Positions 8,230 to 16,998 of a stretch of DNA of 26,233 nucleotides are shown in pieces. The stretch is from Candidatus Eiseniibacteriota bacterium (lineage in GTDB: Bacteria; Eisenbacteria; RBG-16-71-46). How positions within the stretch are numbered: the stretch's first letter is position 1; every line of letters begins with the position of its first letter. The stretch spans positions 1-26,233 of the forward strand of contig JBBRLX010000044.1 in assembly GCA_038231135.1 (NCBI GenBank), read 5' to 3'. The position numbers and the translations under genes were made by a program. The notes under the pieces were generated by a model that saw only the letters and a program-made list of their open reading frames with translations, was not told the origin of the DNA and did not search any database.

Positions 8230-8433
8230 TCAGCTCTTCAGCACGAACGTGACCTTCATCGTCACGCGATACTCTTTGATCTTGCCGTCCTCGCACTCGA
8301 GCTTCTGGCTCTTGATCCAGGCGCCCGTGACGTTTTCGAGCGTCTTGTGCGCGCGTTCGACTCCAACGCGAATGGCCTCCTCGAAGCTCTTCGTGGACGA
8401 CGACGTGATCTCGGTGACTCGGGCGACGGACAT
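8230..8433 (-). CDS. Dodecin-family flavin-binding protein
   Basis: 67 aa, MSVARVTEITSSSTKSFEEAI..G..RA..TL.NV.GAW...YRV..KVTFVL. AGGAGG SD. Confidence 0.9.
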   Translation of the reverse strand: MSVARVTEITSSSTKSFEEAIRVGVERAHKTLENVTGAWIKSQKLECEDGKIKEYRVTMKVTFVLKS

Positions 8434-8532
8434 GGGGCCCTCCTTCTTCGATCGATGGCTGCGAGTCGACTCCGCAGATTTCCCAGCTGCAGACGGTAGC
8501 CCCGTTGGCCGGAAAGACAAAGGCCTCGCGGT

Positions 8533-9327
8533 TCAACCGTCAGAATTGGGAGAGTCTCCGGACACGATTCCCGTCAACTCCGTGAGCGTACCCTGCGCAG
8601 CCACGCGTCGCACCGAACGCCCACTCAGGGCCATCAGCGCTCCCCCGATCACGTACCGGCATGTCCAACGGATCCCGAACGCCGCTCGCGACGCCACATT
8701 GGTCGGCGCGGCCGGCTCGAGCGGCGTCCTCCACATCTCGTCGCTGCCGGGCAACTCCAGCGCCTGCGCCAGTGCGGCGGCGATGCGCCCGTGACCTGCG
8801 CTGTTCGCGTGGAACCGGTCGTCGCTCCAGAACCGCGGGTCGGAGCCGATGCCGGCGGCGGCGAAGTCCACGAGGATCGTGCCGCTGTCCCGCGATGCCT
8901 GGCGCAGCGCGTCGTTCATCGCCTGCACCCGGCCCCGCAGCACGCGTCCGAACGGCATCACGGTTCCGAGATCGGGCAGCGTGAACGTGAGCACGGTGGC
9001 GCCGCCGGAAACGAGCGCGCCCTGCATATGCGCGACGTCGTCGCGCACGGGGCGGGGGTCGAATCCCGGCCTCAGGATGTCGTTGGAGCCCGCGAACACC
9101 GTCGCCAGATCCGGGCGCAGCGCGAGCGCGGGCGCGAGTTGCTCGTCCAGGATCTGGCGTGTACGACGACCACGCACCGCGAAGTTGGCATAGAGCAGCG
9201 AGCCCTGAACTGCAGCGATCCGCTCCGCCAGGCGCCGCGACCAGCCGCGGTAGCCGCCACACCCATCTGGATCGTCGATCCCTTCCGTGGAGCTGTCGCC
9301 AATGGCGACGTAGCGCTCGAATATCAT
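8533..9327 (-). CDS. SGNH/GDSL hydrolase
   Basis: Block I YVAIGDS, block II NFAVRG, block III GSND, block V DRFH. Start at ATG 9327. Confidence 0.9.
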   Translation of the reverse strand: MIFERYVAIGDSSTEGIDDPDGCGGYRGWSRRLAERIAAVQGSLLYANFAVRGRRTRQILDEQLAPALALRPDLATVFAGSNDILRPGFDPRPVRDDVAHMQGALVSGGATVLTFTLPDLGTVMPFGRVLRGRVQAMNDALRQASRDSGTILVDFAAAGIGSDPRFWSDDRFHANSAGHGRIAAALAQALELPGSDEMWRTPLEPAAPTNVASRAAFGIRWTCRYVIGGALMALSGRSVRRVAAQGTLTELTGIVSGDSPNSDG

Positions 9328-9508
9328 GGCCTGCGCCTTCGGAAACCGTGGGCATCTCGACACGACCGCGATCGCTCGATACGACGATTCATGACTTCCG
9401 GTGCAGCGGTTGCGACATGGAAGATTTACATCGGGTCGGCGATACTGTACGCCAACATCGAAACGAACGCTGACGATTCTCCGGCCAACGCACGCTCGAA
9501 GGAGTCCA

Positions 9509-10018
9509 TTGGGTAACGACGAAAAACCCGGCACGCTCGAAGTGCCCGCACGGCTCGCCTACGGCGACCGGGTGAACGATTCCGTCACGGCTCGGATACT
9601 CATCCGCAATCCGTCGCAGCGCACCGGCAATGCCGTGATGGGCCTGCTCAAGTGCTGGGGCCTCGCCGTGATCTCGATCTTCATCCCGCTCGGCCACTTC
9701 TTTTTGGTGCCGGCGTTCTTCATTGCCGGACCGGTCGTGTTCCTCATGGGACTGCGGGAACAGGTTCGTCTCGAGGGTGCTCGCGGCACTTGTCCGATGT
9801 GCGGCGAGACTCAGCCGTTTACGGAGCATGGCCCGATGTCGGCGGCGGCGCAGCATCCGGTGCGTTGCTCTGCCTGTCGGCGGCAACTGGTCCTCACCGC
9901 CGAACTGCCGGGATCGGTGAGGAGCGACGCGGTGACCGCCGAGCCGTCGAACGTGCGGGTCTGGATGGCAAACGCCGACGAGCCCGCGGGCGTTCCGCGG
10001 TCCGCTACGAACGACTGA
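9509..10018 (+). CDS. Hypothetical membrane protein with a C4 zinc ribbon
   Basis: TTG 9509 after AAGGAG. Hydrophobic hairpin (WGLAVISIFIPLGHFFLVPAFFIAGPVVF) followed by CPMC...CSAC. Confidence 0.7.
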   Translation: MGNDEKPGTLEVPARLAYGDRVNDSVTARILIRNPSQRTGNAVMGLLKCWGLAVISIFIPLGHFFLVPAFFIAGPVVFLMGLREQVRLEGARGTCPMCGETQPFTEHGPMSAAAQHPVRCSACRRQLVLTAELPGSVRSDAVTAEPSNVRVWMANADEPAGVPRSATND

Positions 10019-11660
10019 CGTTCGACAGCGCATCCCGGATGATCGCCTGCGCCTCATCCTGGATGCGGCGCAGGTGGTCAGGTCCCCTCAAGCTCTCCGC
10101 ATAGAGCTTGTACACGTCCTCGGTTCCGGACGGCCGCGCCGCGAACCATCCGCCGGCGGTGACGACTTTCAGGCCGCCGATCGGCGCGTCATTGCCCGGG
10201 GCCTTGGTCATCCGATTCGTGATCTTCTCGCCCGCGAGTTCGGTGGCGGTCACCTGTTCGCCGGACAGCTTCGCCAGCACCGCCTTCTGTTCGGGCGTCG
10301 CTGGCGCGTCGATGCGCTCGTAGAGGAACTCGCCGAATTCACGCGTGAGATCCCCGTAGAGTTGCCCCGGGTCGCGTCCCGTGACCGCCGTCATCTCGGC
10401 GGCGAGCAGGCCGAGGATGATGCCGTCCTTATCGGTGGACCACGCGGTGCCATCGCGGCGAACGAACGACGCCCCGGCGCTCTCCTCTCCCGCGAACCCC
10501 AGCGACCCGTCGAGCAGGCCACCCGCGAACCACTTGAACCCGACCGGCACTTCGACGAGGGGGCGCCCGAGCCGCGCCGCGACGCGGTCGATCATGCTGC
10601 TCGACACGATGGTCTTGCCAATACCGGCGCTCTGCGGCCAGCCAGGCCGGCGTGTGAACAGATACGAGATCGCGACCGCGAGATATTGATTGGGATTGAG
10701 CAGGCCGACGCTCCGCGCCACGACGCCGTGCCGGTCGTGATCGGTATCGCACGCCCAGGCCACGTCGAAGCGATCCTTGAGCGCGATCAACCGCTGCATG
10801 GCATAGGGCGAGGACGGGTCCATTCGGATCTTCCCGTCCCAATCGACACTCATGAAGCGGAACGTCGGGTCGATCTCCTCGCTGAGGACCGTCAACGGCA
10901 GCATGTAGCGCTCAGCGATCATCCACCAGTAGTGAACCCCGGCGCCCCCCAGCGGATCGACGCCGAACTGGATTCCGGCGTTGCGTACCGCCTCCATGTC
11001 CACGACGTGCTCGAGATCGGCGATGTAGGCCGTTCGGTAATCGTGGCGATGAGTCGTGGGCGCGACGAGCGCCCGCGCGAGTGGGATGCGCTTCACCTCG
11101 GCGAGCGCACCGGCCAGCAGCGCGTTCGCCTGATCCTCGACCCAGCGCGTGATCTGGGAATCGGCCGGGCCGCCATTCGTCGGGTTGTACTTGAATCCGC
11201 CGTCTTCGGGCGGATTGTGCGATGGCGTGACGACGATGCCGTCGGCGAGCCCGGTCGTGCGGCCGCGGTTGTACGTGAGGATCGCGTGCGAGATGACCGG
11301 CGTCGGCACATAGCCGCCGCCGTCGTCGATCATCACGTCCACGCCGTTGGCCGCCAAAACCTCGAGCGCGCTCGCCACGGCCGACTCCGAGAGCGCGTGG
11401 GTGTCGATCCCGAGGAACAGCGGCCCGTCGATCCCGTGCTGCCGCCGATAGAGGCAGATCGCCTGCGTGATGGCGAGGATGTGATCCTCGTTGAACGCGG
11501 TATCGAACGCCGAGCCCCGATGGCCCGAGGTGCCGAACGTCACGCGCTGCCCGCGCACCGACGGATCCGGGTGCAACGAGTAGTACGCAGTCATCAGGCG
11601 CGGGATGTTCGCCAGCATTGCGGCGGTGGCGGGCTTCCCCGCGCGCGGGTCGACGTTCAT
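10005..11660 (-). CDS. pgm: Phosphoglucomutase (alpha-D-glucose-1,6-bisphosphate-dependent)
   Basis: FGTSGHRG, catalytic TPSHNP, metal loop DTDHDR, GEESAG and ARPSGTE. ATG 11660 overlaps the upstream stop (ATGA). Confidence 0.95.
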   Translation of the reverse strand: MNVDPRAGKPATAAMLANIPRLMTAYYSLHPDPSVRGQRVTFGTSGHRGSAFDTAFNEDHILAITQAICLYRRQHGIDGPLFLGIDTHALSESAVASALEVLAANGVDVMIDDGGGYVPTPVISHAILTYNRGRTTGLADGIVVTPSHNPPEDGGFKYNPTNGGPADSQITRWVEDQANALLAGALAEVKRIPLARALVAPTTHRHDYRTAYIADLEHVVDMEAVRNAGIQFGVDPLGGAGVHYWWMIAERYMLPLTVLSEEIDPTFRFMSVDWDGKIRMDPSSPYAMQRLIALKDRFDVAWACDTDHDRHGVVARSVGLLNPNQYLAVAISYLFTRRPGWPQSAGIGKTIVSSSMIDRVAARLGRPLVEVPVGFKWFAGGLLDGSLGFAGEESAGASFVRRDGTAWSTDKDGIILGLLAAEMTAVTGRDPGQLYGDLTREFGEFLYERIDAPATPEQKAVLAKLSGEQVTATELAGEKITNRMTKAPGNDAPIGGLKVVTAGGWFAARPSGTEDVYKLYAESLRGPDHLRRIQDEAQAIIRDALSNVSRS

Positions 11661-12976
11661 GGCCGCGCCTCCTGCCCCGTGATTCCTCCCGACAGCCAGC
11701 CGCCGGTGAATCCCGCGCGACGCAATCCGGCGACGAGCGCCGGGCACCGCCGCATCAGGTCCCAGATCAGTCCGGTACGGTAGTTCTCGATCATCGTCAC
11801 GATCGGCCCCTCATGGAGCCCGAAGTGCCATGGCGACACCCAGCCGTACGGGTTGCCCGAGCCGTCCGGAAACGTCGGGTTGAACGTGGCCTTGAACCCA
11901 TAGGGATGCTGTTCCCGCAACTTGAGATGGGTGAAGTGATCGATCGTCGGCAGCACGATCTCGGGCGCGAACGGCAGCGAAGCGACCACCGCCCACGGGG
12001 CGAGCGTGCCGTCGTCCGGGCCGTACGGCACGCCGCGCGCGAGGTAGTCGTAGAACCGGCGCTCGACGCCCTTGATCAGCCGCGTCGTCTCGCCAGGCCC
12101 ATCGCTGGCCGTGATCCCCCAGCAGTGTTCGGCGTAATGCGCGAACTTCAGCGGATTGCGGATCGCATACCGCTGCTGCAGCAACGTGGCGCGCCGGCTG
12201 TTCTCGAAGTAGTCGATGCCGTGGCCGCGCATGAATTCGTCCTGGATGCCGCGGAAGTCGATCCAGATGTGCGAGAGTTGGTGCGTGAACAGCGGACCCG
12301 CGTAGACCAGATCGATGTCGTAGATGCGTTTCCACTCGTAGGTCGAGGCCCAAACGTTGTAGCTCTCGACAGGCAGCGGGTGCGTGGACGAGCCGAGACC
12401 GAGCATGTAGAGGATCAGCGCCTCGTCATAGCCCTGCCATCGATACGGGAGAAAGCCCGTCTCGGGCTTCCATCCGTGCGTGAGCGTGGCCTCTCCGTTC
12501 TGCGCCCACTGCCAGTCGACCCGATCGTAGAGCCCCACGGCGAGCGAACCGATTTCACCCTCGTCCGCCGTCTTGCGATCGAAGTATGCGGCCGACGTCA
12601 GCACGCCCGCGAGCAGCAGCGCCGAGTCCACGGTGGATAGCTCCGATTGCCAGGCGCGCTCGCCCGTCTGCATGTCGAGGAAGTGATAGTAGAAGTCGTT
12701 GTAGCCCGTCGCATCGGGTTCGGGCCCCTGGTGGCTGCTCGCGAGGAAACGCAGCGTGGTGAGTGTTCGCTGGATGGCATCCGCGCGCGTCAGGAACCCG
12801 TGCTCGACGCCGACGGGGTATGCAGCCAGCGCCAGCCCGATGGCGGCGATGCTCGCCGGCCAGCCCTCGCACGTCTTGTCGATCACCAGCCCATTGGCGA
12901 GGTTGGTCTCGTGCTGGAAATAGCCGAACGCTTCGCGTTGCAGTGTCTCCAGCAATCTCTCGTCGCCGGTCGTCAT
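11657..12976 (-). CDS. Glucoamylase-like/GH144-type glycoside hydrolase (putative beta-1,2-glucanase), no signal peptide
   Basis: ASIAAIG, FYYHFLD, ELSTVDSALL, WQGYDEAL, GPLFTHQLSH.WIDFRGI, YFENSRRAT, WGITASDGP, DDGTLAP and MIENYRTG. ATG 12976 overlaps the patatin stop (ATGA). Confidence 0.85.
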   Translation of the reverse strand: MTTGDERLLETLQREAFGYFQHETNLANGLVIDKTCEGWPASIAAIGLALAAYPVGVEHGFLTRADAIQRTLTTLRFLASSHQGPEPDATGYNDFYYHFLDMQTGERAWQSELSTVDSALLLAGVLTSAAYFDRKTADEGEIGSLAVGLYDRVDWQWAQNGEATLTHGWKPETGFLPYRWQGYDEALILYMLGLGSSTHPLPVESYNVWASTYEWKRIYDIDLVYAGPLFTHQLSHIWIDFRGIQDEFMRGHGIDYFENSRRATLLQQRYAIRNPLKFAHYAEHCWGITASDGPGETTRLIKGVERRFYDYLARGVPYGPDDGTLAPWAVVASLPFAPEIVLPTIDHFTHLKLREQHPYGFKATFNPTFPDGSGNPYGWVSPWHFGLHEGPIVTMIENYRTGLIWDLMRRCPALVAGLRRAGFTGGWLSGGITGQEARP

Positions 12977-14964
12977 GTTCGCGGGGTGACTCGCAGGACA
13001 CCCTCGGGCTTCGGCGAGTCCAGTTCGAAGAACGACTCTGCGTCGGGCGCGCCGGCGCCGGGCGTCCAGGCCGCCTGGCGATTCCGGACAGCCTCGATAT
13101 ATCCCTCCAGCAACCGCAACCGCTCGAGCGCCTCCGCGCGCCACCTGGGGTCGCGCGGGTAGGCCAGTCCCTTGCGCGCGCCCTCCGAAATCAGCAGTTC
13201 ATAGTTCGACTTCTTCAACGTATTCCCCAGGTGCAGGAGCTGGTGTTCGAACTGCGCCATGAACACGAGGAGCCGCACCCAGCGGTGCTGGTCGAAGTCG
13301 AACGCCGACAGCAGGTCGCCCGCGGTGCGGCCCTTGGCGATGATGCTATGGATGGCGTCATCCCCCATCGCCAGGTTGAGGCCACCCTCGTGATCCGACA
13401 GCCGGATCTGCACGATGCGCTCGCGATAGCTGGGCAGCGCGGCGAGCGTGTTGTCGCGGAAGTTCTGGGCGGTGGCTCCGATCGCGCCCATGAAACCGAG
13501 CAGCGACACGATGTCGGACTGTGGCGGATTGACCACGCGGTTGGCGACCGGCAGGTACACCGGACGCGCGGCATCGGGCGCTGCTTCGTTGAGCGGAGTC
13601 GCGGGCTCCGGCGGCAGGCTCGCCAGGTTCATGCCGAACGTCGGCCGCGACGGTAGCCAGGCGTCGAAGAAGTGGATGGGGAAGTTGCTGGTGATGCCGC
13701 CATCGCTGAACCAGATGCGCTGCAGATCGGCTTCGGCGCTCTGGAGCACCAGCGACGGATGCGGCGCACCGTCCGGCTCGTGCCGCTCCGCCCGGTGGGT
13801 CGCGAGCGCGTCCCGCTTCATCACGTAGAGCGGCACCGCGCTCAACAGGATGGGAAAGCTGAGGCTCATGCGCGCGAGGACGAGCGCCGGGATATCGTCC
13901 GCATTCGGCAGCACGTGATATCCGGGCAGCTTCGACAGGTCGAGGCGGGTGGTCTTCCGCGCGTTCGCCACGAGATGCTTCGCGACCGGCGCCGGGAAGA
14001 TGCGCGCCATGTCGTCTTCGTTGAACAGGAACAAGTCGTCCTCGATCGGCAGCACGTAGGGTTGCCCGAGGCTGAGGCAGGTGGTGATCGTGCGCAGGTC
14101 GATCCCGAGATCTTCCCCGCCTGCGCCGTGCTTCGCCTTGAGCGCGCCAACCGTCAGCGGCGTGCCCTGCTCCGATAGTCCGGCCATGTCCTGGATCCGC
14201 TCGTGCAGCCAGGTCGTGAGCGTCGGCACCGTGGGATTCTCGGGTGTGACGAGACCCGTGCAGATCCCGAAGAACTGCCGCGTGGCGACATCCGACAGCA
14301 CCTTCCACAGGCGCCACGCGCACGTGCCGATGCTCGCGACGTAGGCGCCGATGAAGCCCACCGGCATCACGAACGCGACGATGATCCGTGCCGTCGGGTG
14401 GCTGGGGGCGACCAGGCCGCACGCCAGGATCCAATCGACCCAGCTTCCCGCCAGCAAACCCAGCACGGTCGAGATCCAATAGGTCCACGGCATCGCCGAG
14501 CGCAGCGCGGCCGGCAGCACCAGAAACGGCAGGCGAATCCACGCCGGCAGGAATGGTGTCTTCCGCTTCGTGGCCGCATCCGGCCCAGCCTTGGGGTCGA
14601 CGGGTCCCACGGCCTTGTGATGCGCCTGGAGCAGCAGATCGAGCAGCGGCCGCGCCTCGCGCGTGGGCTGGAACAGATCGCGGAGGTTGCCGTCCTGGGC
14701 CAGCCAGTCGTTCAGGCCCTGCAACTTCTCGAAGCCGCCCTGCTCCCGTCCGAACTCGGCGGCCGCGGTGACGACCGCCGCAATCGCGCCCGCCGACGTA
14801 CCGCCGATCGAGCGGAACCGGTATTTCTGCGCCAGCTCGAGCACGGCCGGCGGATAGACGATCCCGCTCGTGATGCCGCCCTTCATCACCAGATCGCATT
14901 GGAGCGTGGGGGTGGCGTACGAGGGGTTCGCCGAGCGTTCACCCGCCGCGGTGGCTACCGCCAT
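12973..14964 (-). CDS. Patatin-like phospholipase with inserted transmembrane segments
   Basis: AGGAGG SD and ATG 14964. Oxyanion KGGITSG, nucleophile GTSAG, RMSLSFP, catalytic SDGG. Two or three hydrophobic helices in the N-terminal third. Confidence 0.88.
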   Translation of the reverse strand: MAVATAAGERSANPSYATPTLQCDLVMKGGITSGIVYPPAVLELAQKYRFRSIGGTSAGAIAAVVTAAAEFGREQGGFEKLQGLNDWLAQDGNLRDLFQPTREARPLLDLLLQAHHKAVGPVDPKAGPDAATKRKTPFLPAWIRLPFLVLPAALRSAMPWTYWISTVLGLLAGSWVDWILACGLVAPSHPTARIIVAFVMPVGFIGAYVASIGTCAWRLWKVLSDVATRQFFGICTGLVTPENPTVPTLTTWLHERIQDMAGLSEQGTPLTVGALKAKHGAGGEDLGIDLRTITTCLSLGQPYVLPIEDDLFLFNEDDMARIFPAPVAKHLVANARKTTRLDLSKLPGYHVLPNADDIPALVLARMSLSFPILLSAVPLYVMKRDALATHRAERHEPDGAPHPSLVLQSAEADLQRIWFSDGGITSNFPIHFFDAWLPSRPTFGMNLASLPPEPATPLNEAAPDAARPVYLPVANRVVNPPQSDIVSLLGFMGAIGATAQNFRDNTLAALPSYRERIVQIRLSDHEGGLNLAMGDDAIHSIIAKGRTAGDLLSAFDFDQHRWVRLLVFMAQFEHQLLHLGNTLKKSNYELLISEGARKGLAYPRDPRWRAEALERLRLLEGYIEAVRNRQAAWTPGAGAPDAESFFELDSPKPEGVLRVTPRT

Positions 14965-15047
14965 GATGAGACCCTCCTGTAAGGATGTGCCCCGCAACCA
15001 GCCTGTACGAATCACTTCCCGTGTGGCTCACCCGACCATGCCGTCCA

Positions 15048-16256
15048 CTACTGCAGGAACGGATGCGGCTTCGCCTTGGGAAGGGTGTTGATGTGCTCGA
15101 AGAAGGTTGACTCGGTAATTTCCGTCGGCCATTCGAGTCGGATGTGAATCTTGATGTCTCGTCCTTGGCCCGAGAGCCTGATGGCTTTTAGGCCCATAAG
15201 ATCATTCAAATCACGAATGACGGCCTTCCTGGGGTTCATGAGTCCGGAGTATTCACGGTCTGTTTGGCGAATGAGATCTTCCAGGCCGAGAGACTCCTGT
15301 TGGAGCAGCATCTTCAAGAGTTCCAGCTGACGCTGCGCGATGACACGCTTTCTCGGGCTCTTCAGACGATTGAACAGGTCGTACATCAAATTACGGTACA
15401 GCCCTTTGGCAATCTCGTGCTTGATGGCCAGTGCCATTCTACGACTCTGGATTGCGATTCCGAGCAGTCCGAACTGAAGGAACGGCGTGAGGTTGAATCC
15501 GCCGTCGCGCACCTTATTCAAGGCGCCAAGATATCCGACCTTCTCGTCGTAGTAATAGTTGGACATGGCGATGAAGCAGGTCTCTCGCAGACCGGCGCGC
15601 TGGAGCATGAGCGCCTCGATGACGCGCGCAGTGCGACCATTGCCGTCCTGAAACGGGTGCATGGCTGCCAGGTTGTAGTGCACGGCCAAGGCCTGGATGA
15701 GGGGGTCATGGTCACGAAACTCGTGCTGGATAGAATGCGCGAGCATCTCCAGTGCTCGCTGACAGTCTTCTCCGCCCTCCGCACCACGGTGACGCGGAGC
15801 TCCGAAAGTGACGTTCTGATCCAACCCTCGGATCTGGCCTGGCGCGCAGTGGTCATCGTCCGCGTCCGTGACAATCCTTCGGTGAATGTCGAGAATCAAC
15901 GTCGCATCTATCGGGCGATCGATGGGTAACGACGCGATCCAACGATACGTCTTCACAGCCGCGTGGGCCTGTCGCTGTGAACGGGTCTGCAGCTCCTTGG
16001 GTGTTTCACGCATAGCGGCTTCCAGTTCACGATCAGTGAACTCGGCACCTTCGATGCGCGAAGTTCCAGCGACCTCGCGTTTCAGTTCCATTCTCTGGAG
16101 CTCTTCGACCCAGGCCTTCTGGTAGGGCAGACTCTTAAGCGTGGCGACCGCGGATTTCGCCTCGACCAACTGAGGCAGTACGTCATCTCTTGAGTAACCA
16201 ATCATGGTTGGCGGAAGGTCGTAGGGGATGACGCCGAGTGGCGGTGTCGCGTTCAT
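15048..16256 (-). CDS. Fic-domain protein with N-terminal inhibitory motif (class II) and probable C-terminal HTH
   Basis: Canonical HPFQDGNGRTAR. The (S/T)xxxE(G/N) motif TSRIEG lies N-terminal to it. C-terminal helical region ending AVIRDLNDL. AT-richer than its neighbours. Confidence 0.92.
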   Translation of the reverse strand: MNATPPLGVIPYDLPPTMIGYSRDDVLPQLVEAKSAVATLKSLPYQKAWVEELQRMELKREVAGTSRIEGAEFTDRELEAAMRETPKELQTRSQRQAHAAVKTYRWIASLPIDRPIDATLILDIHRRIVTDADDDHCAPGQIRGLDQNVTFGAPRHRGAEGGEDCQRALEMLAHSIQHEFRDHDPLIQALAVHYNLAAMHPFQDGNGRTARVIEALMLQRAGLRETCFIAMSNYYYDEKVGYLGALNKVRDGGFNLTPFLQFGLLGIAIQSRRMALAIKHEIAKGLYRNLMYDLFNRLKSPRKRVIAQRQLELLKMLLQQESLGLEDLIRQTDREYSGLMNPRKAVIRDLNDLMGLKAIRLSGQGRDIKIHIRLEWPTEITESTFFEHINTLPKAKPHPFLQ

Positions 16257-16289
16257 TTCCACCTCATTGCCGAAAACAATCTCCTAAAA

Positions 16290-16304
16290 CATTGCAGCGC
16301 AATG
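16290..16304. promoter_or_regulatory. Palindrome CATTGC-agc-GCAATG, candidate operator in the fic leader
   Basis: Perfect 6-bp inverted repeat between the predicted promoter and the start, with a further CATTGC half-site at 16265-16270. Confidence 0.4.
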
Positions 16305-16324
16305 GTCAAAGTGACGCCGCTCGG

Positions 16325-16353
16325 ATGCTAGAACTAATCTCATTTCCAGTCAA
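16325..16353 (-). promoter_or_regulatory. Sigma70-type promoter for fic: TTGACT-N17-TAGCAT
   Basis: Minus strand TTGACT (16353-16348), 17-nt spacer, TAGCAT (16330-16325). Confidence 0.65.
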
Positions 16354-16379
16354 TTTCCAAGGTTGAGACTTGAGGCCTG

Positions 16380-16937
16380 ATGACCACCACTCGAGCCTGG
16401 GACACGATCGTCGTCGGCGCCGGCAGCGCGGGCTGTGTGCTCGCGGCGCGGCTCAGCGAGGACCGCTTGCGGCGCGTGCTGCTGCTCGATGCCGGCCCCG
16501 ACTACCCGTCGCCCGAGTCGCTCCCCGCCGACATCGCGAGCCCGCACCGGCCCACCTACTCGCACGACTGGGGTTACTTGGGCGAGCCCGACGGGCGCCA
16601 CGGTCATGCTGTTCACCGCGCTCGTGGGGCCGCGCTCGTGCGGACGCCTCACGCTGCGCTCGGCGGATCCGAATGAGCCGCCGAGCAAGCGATCCGGTCG
16701 CGGGTCGAGACCTCCCATCACCCGGTCGGCACCTGCCGCATGGGCCCGGCTTCTGACGCCCATGCGGTGGTGGACCCGCGTGGCGGCGTCCGCGGCATCG
16801 CAGGCCTTCGCGTGACGGATGCCTCGATCATGCCCGAGATTCCGAGCGCGAACACGCACCTCGCCACGACCATGATCGCGGAGCGCATCGCGGCGTGGAT
16901 GAAGTGGATGGCGGCAGAGGGGGTTCGGACAAACTGA
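16380..16937 (+). pseudogene. GMC (choline dehydrogenase-like) oxidoreductase remnant with two large internal deletions
   Basis: Three collinear pieces with frame changes: [21 protein letters not shown] (16380-~16595), [16 protein letters not shown] (~16597-16683) and ETSHHPVGTCRMG..AVVD..GLRVTDASIMP.IPSANT..MIAER (~16683-16937). Confidence 0.85.
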
Positions 16938-16998
16938 GCCAATGCTGTCGGAACTGCCCAAGCCCCTCACCGTAGTCGCCGCGTGTTGCCGGAGTCCG

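Noticed and set aside
12973..14964. Patatin as a CBASS CapV-type effector
   Set aside because: No CD-NTase or Cap2/Cap3 gene is nearby. The protein is much longer, has TM inserts and is coupled to sugar-metabolism genes.
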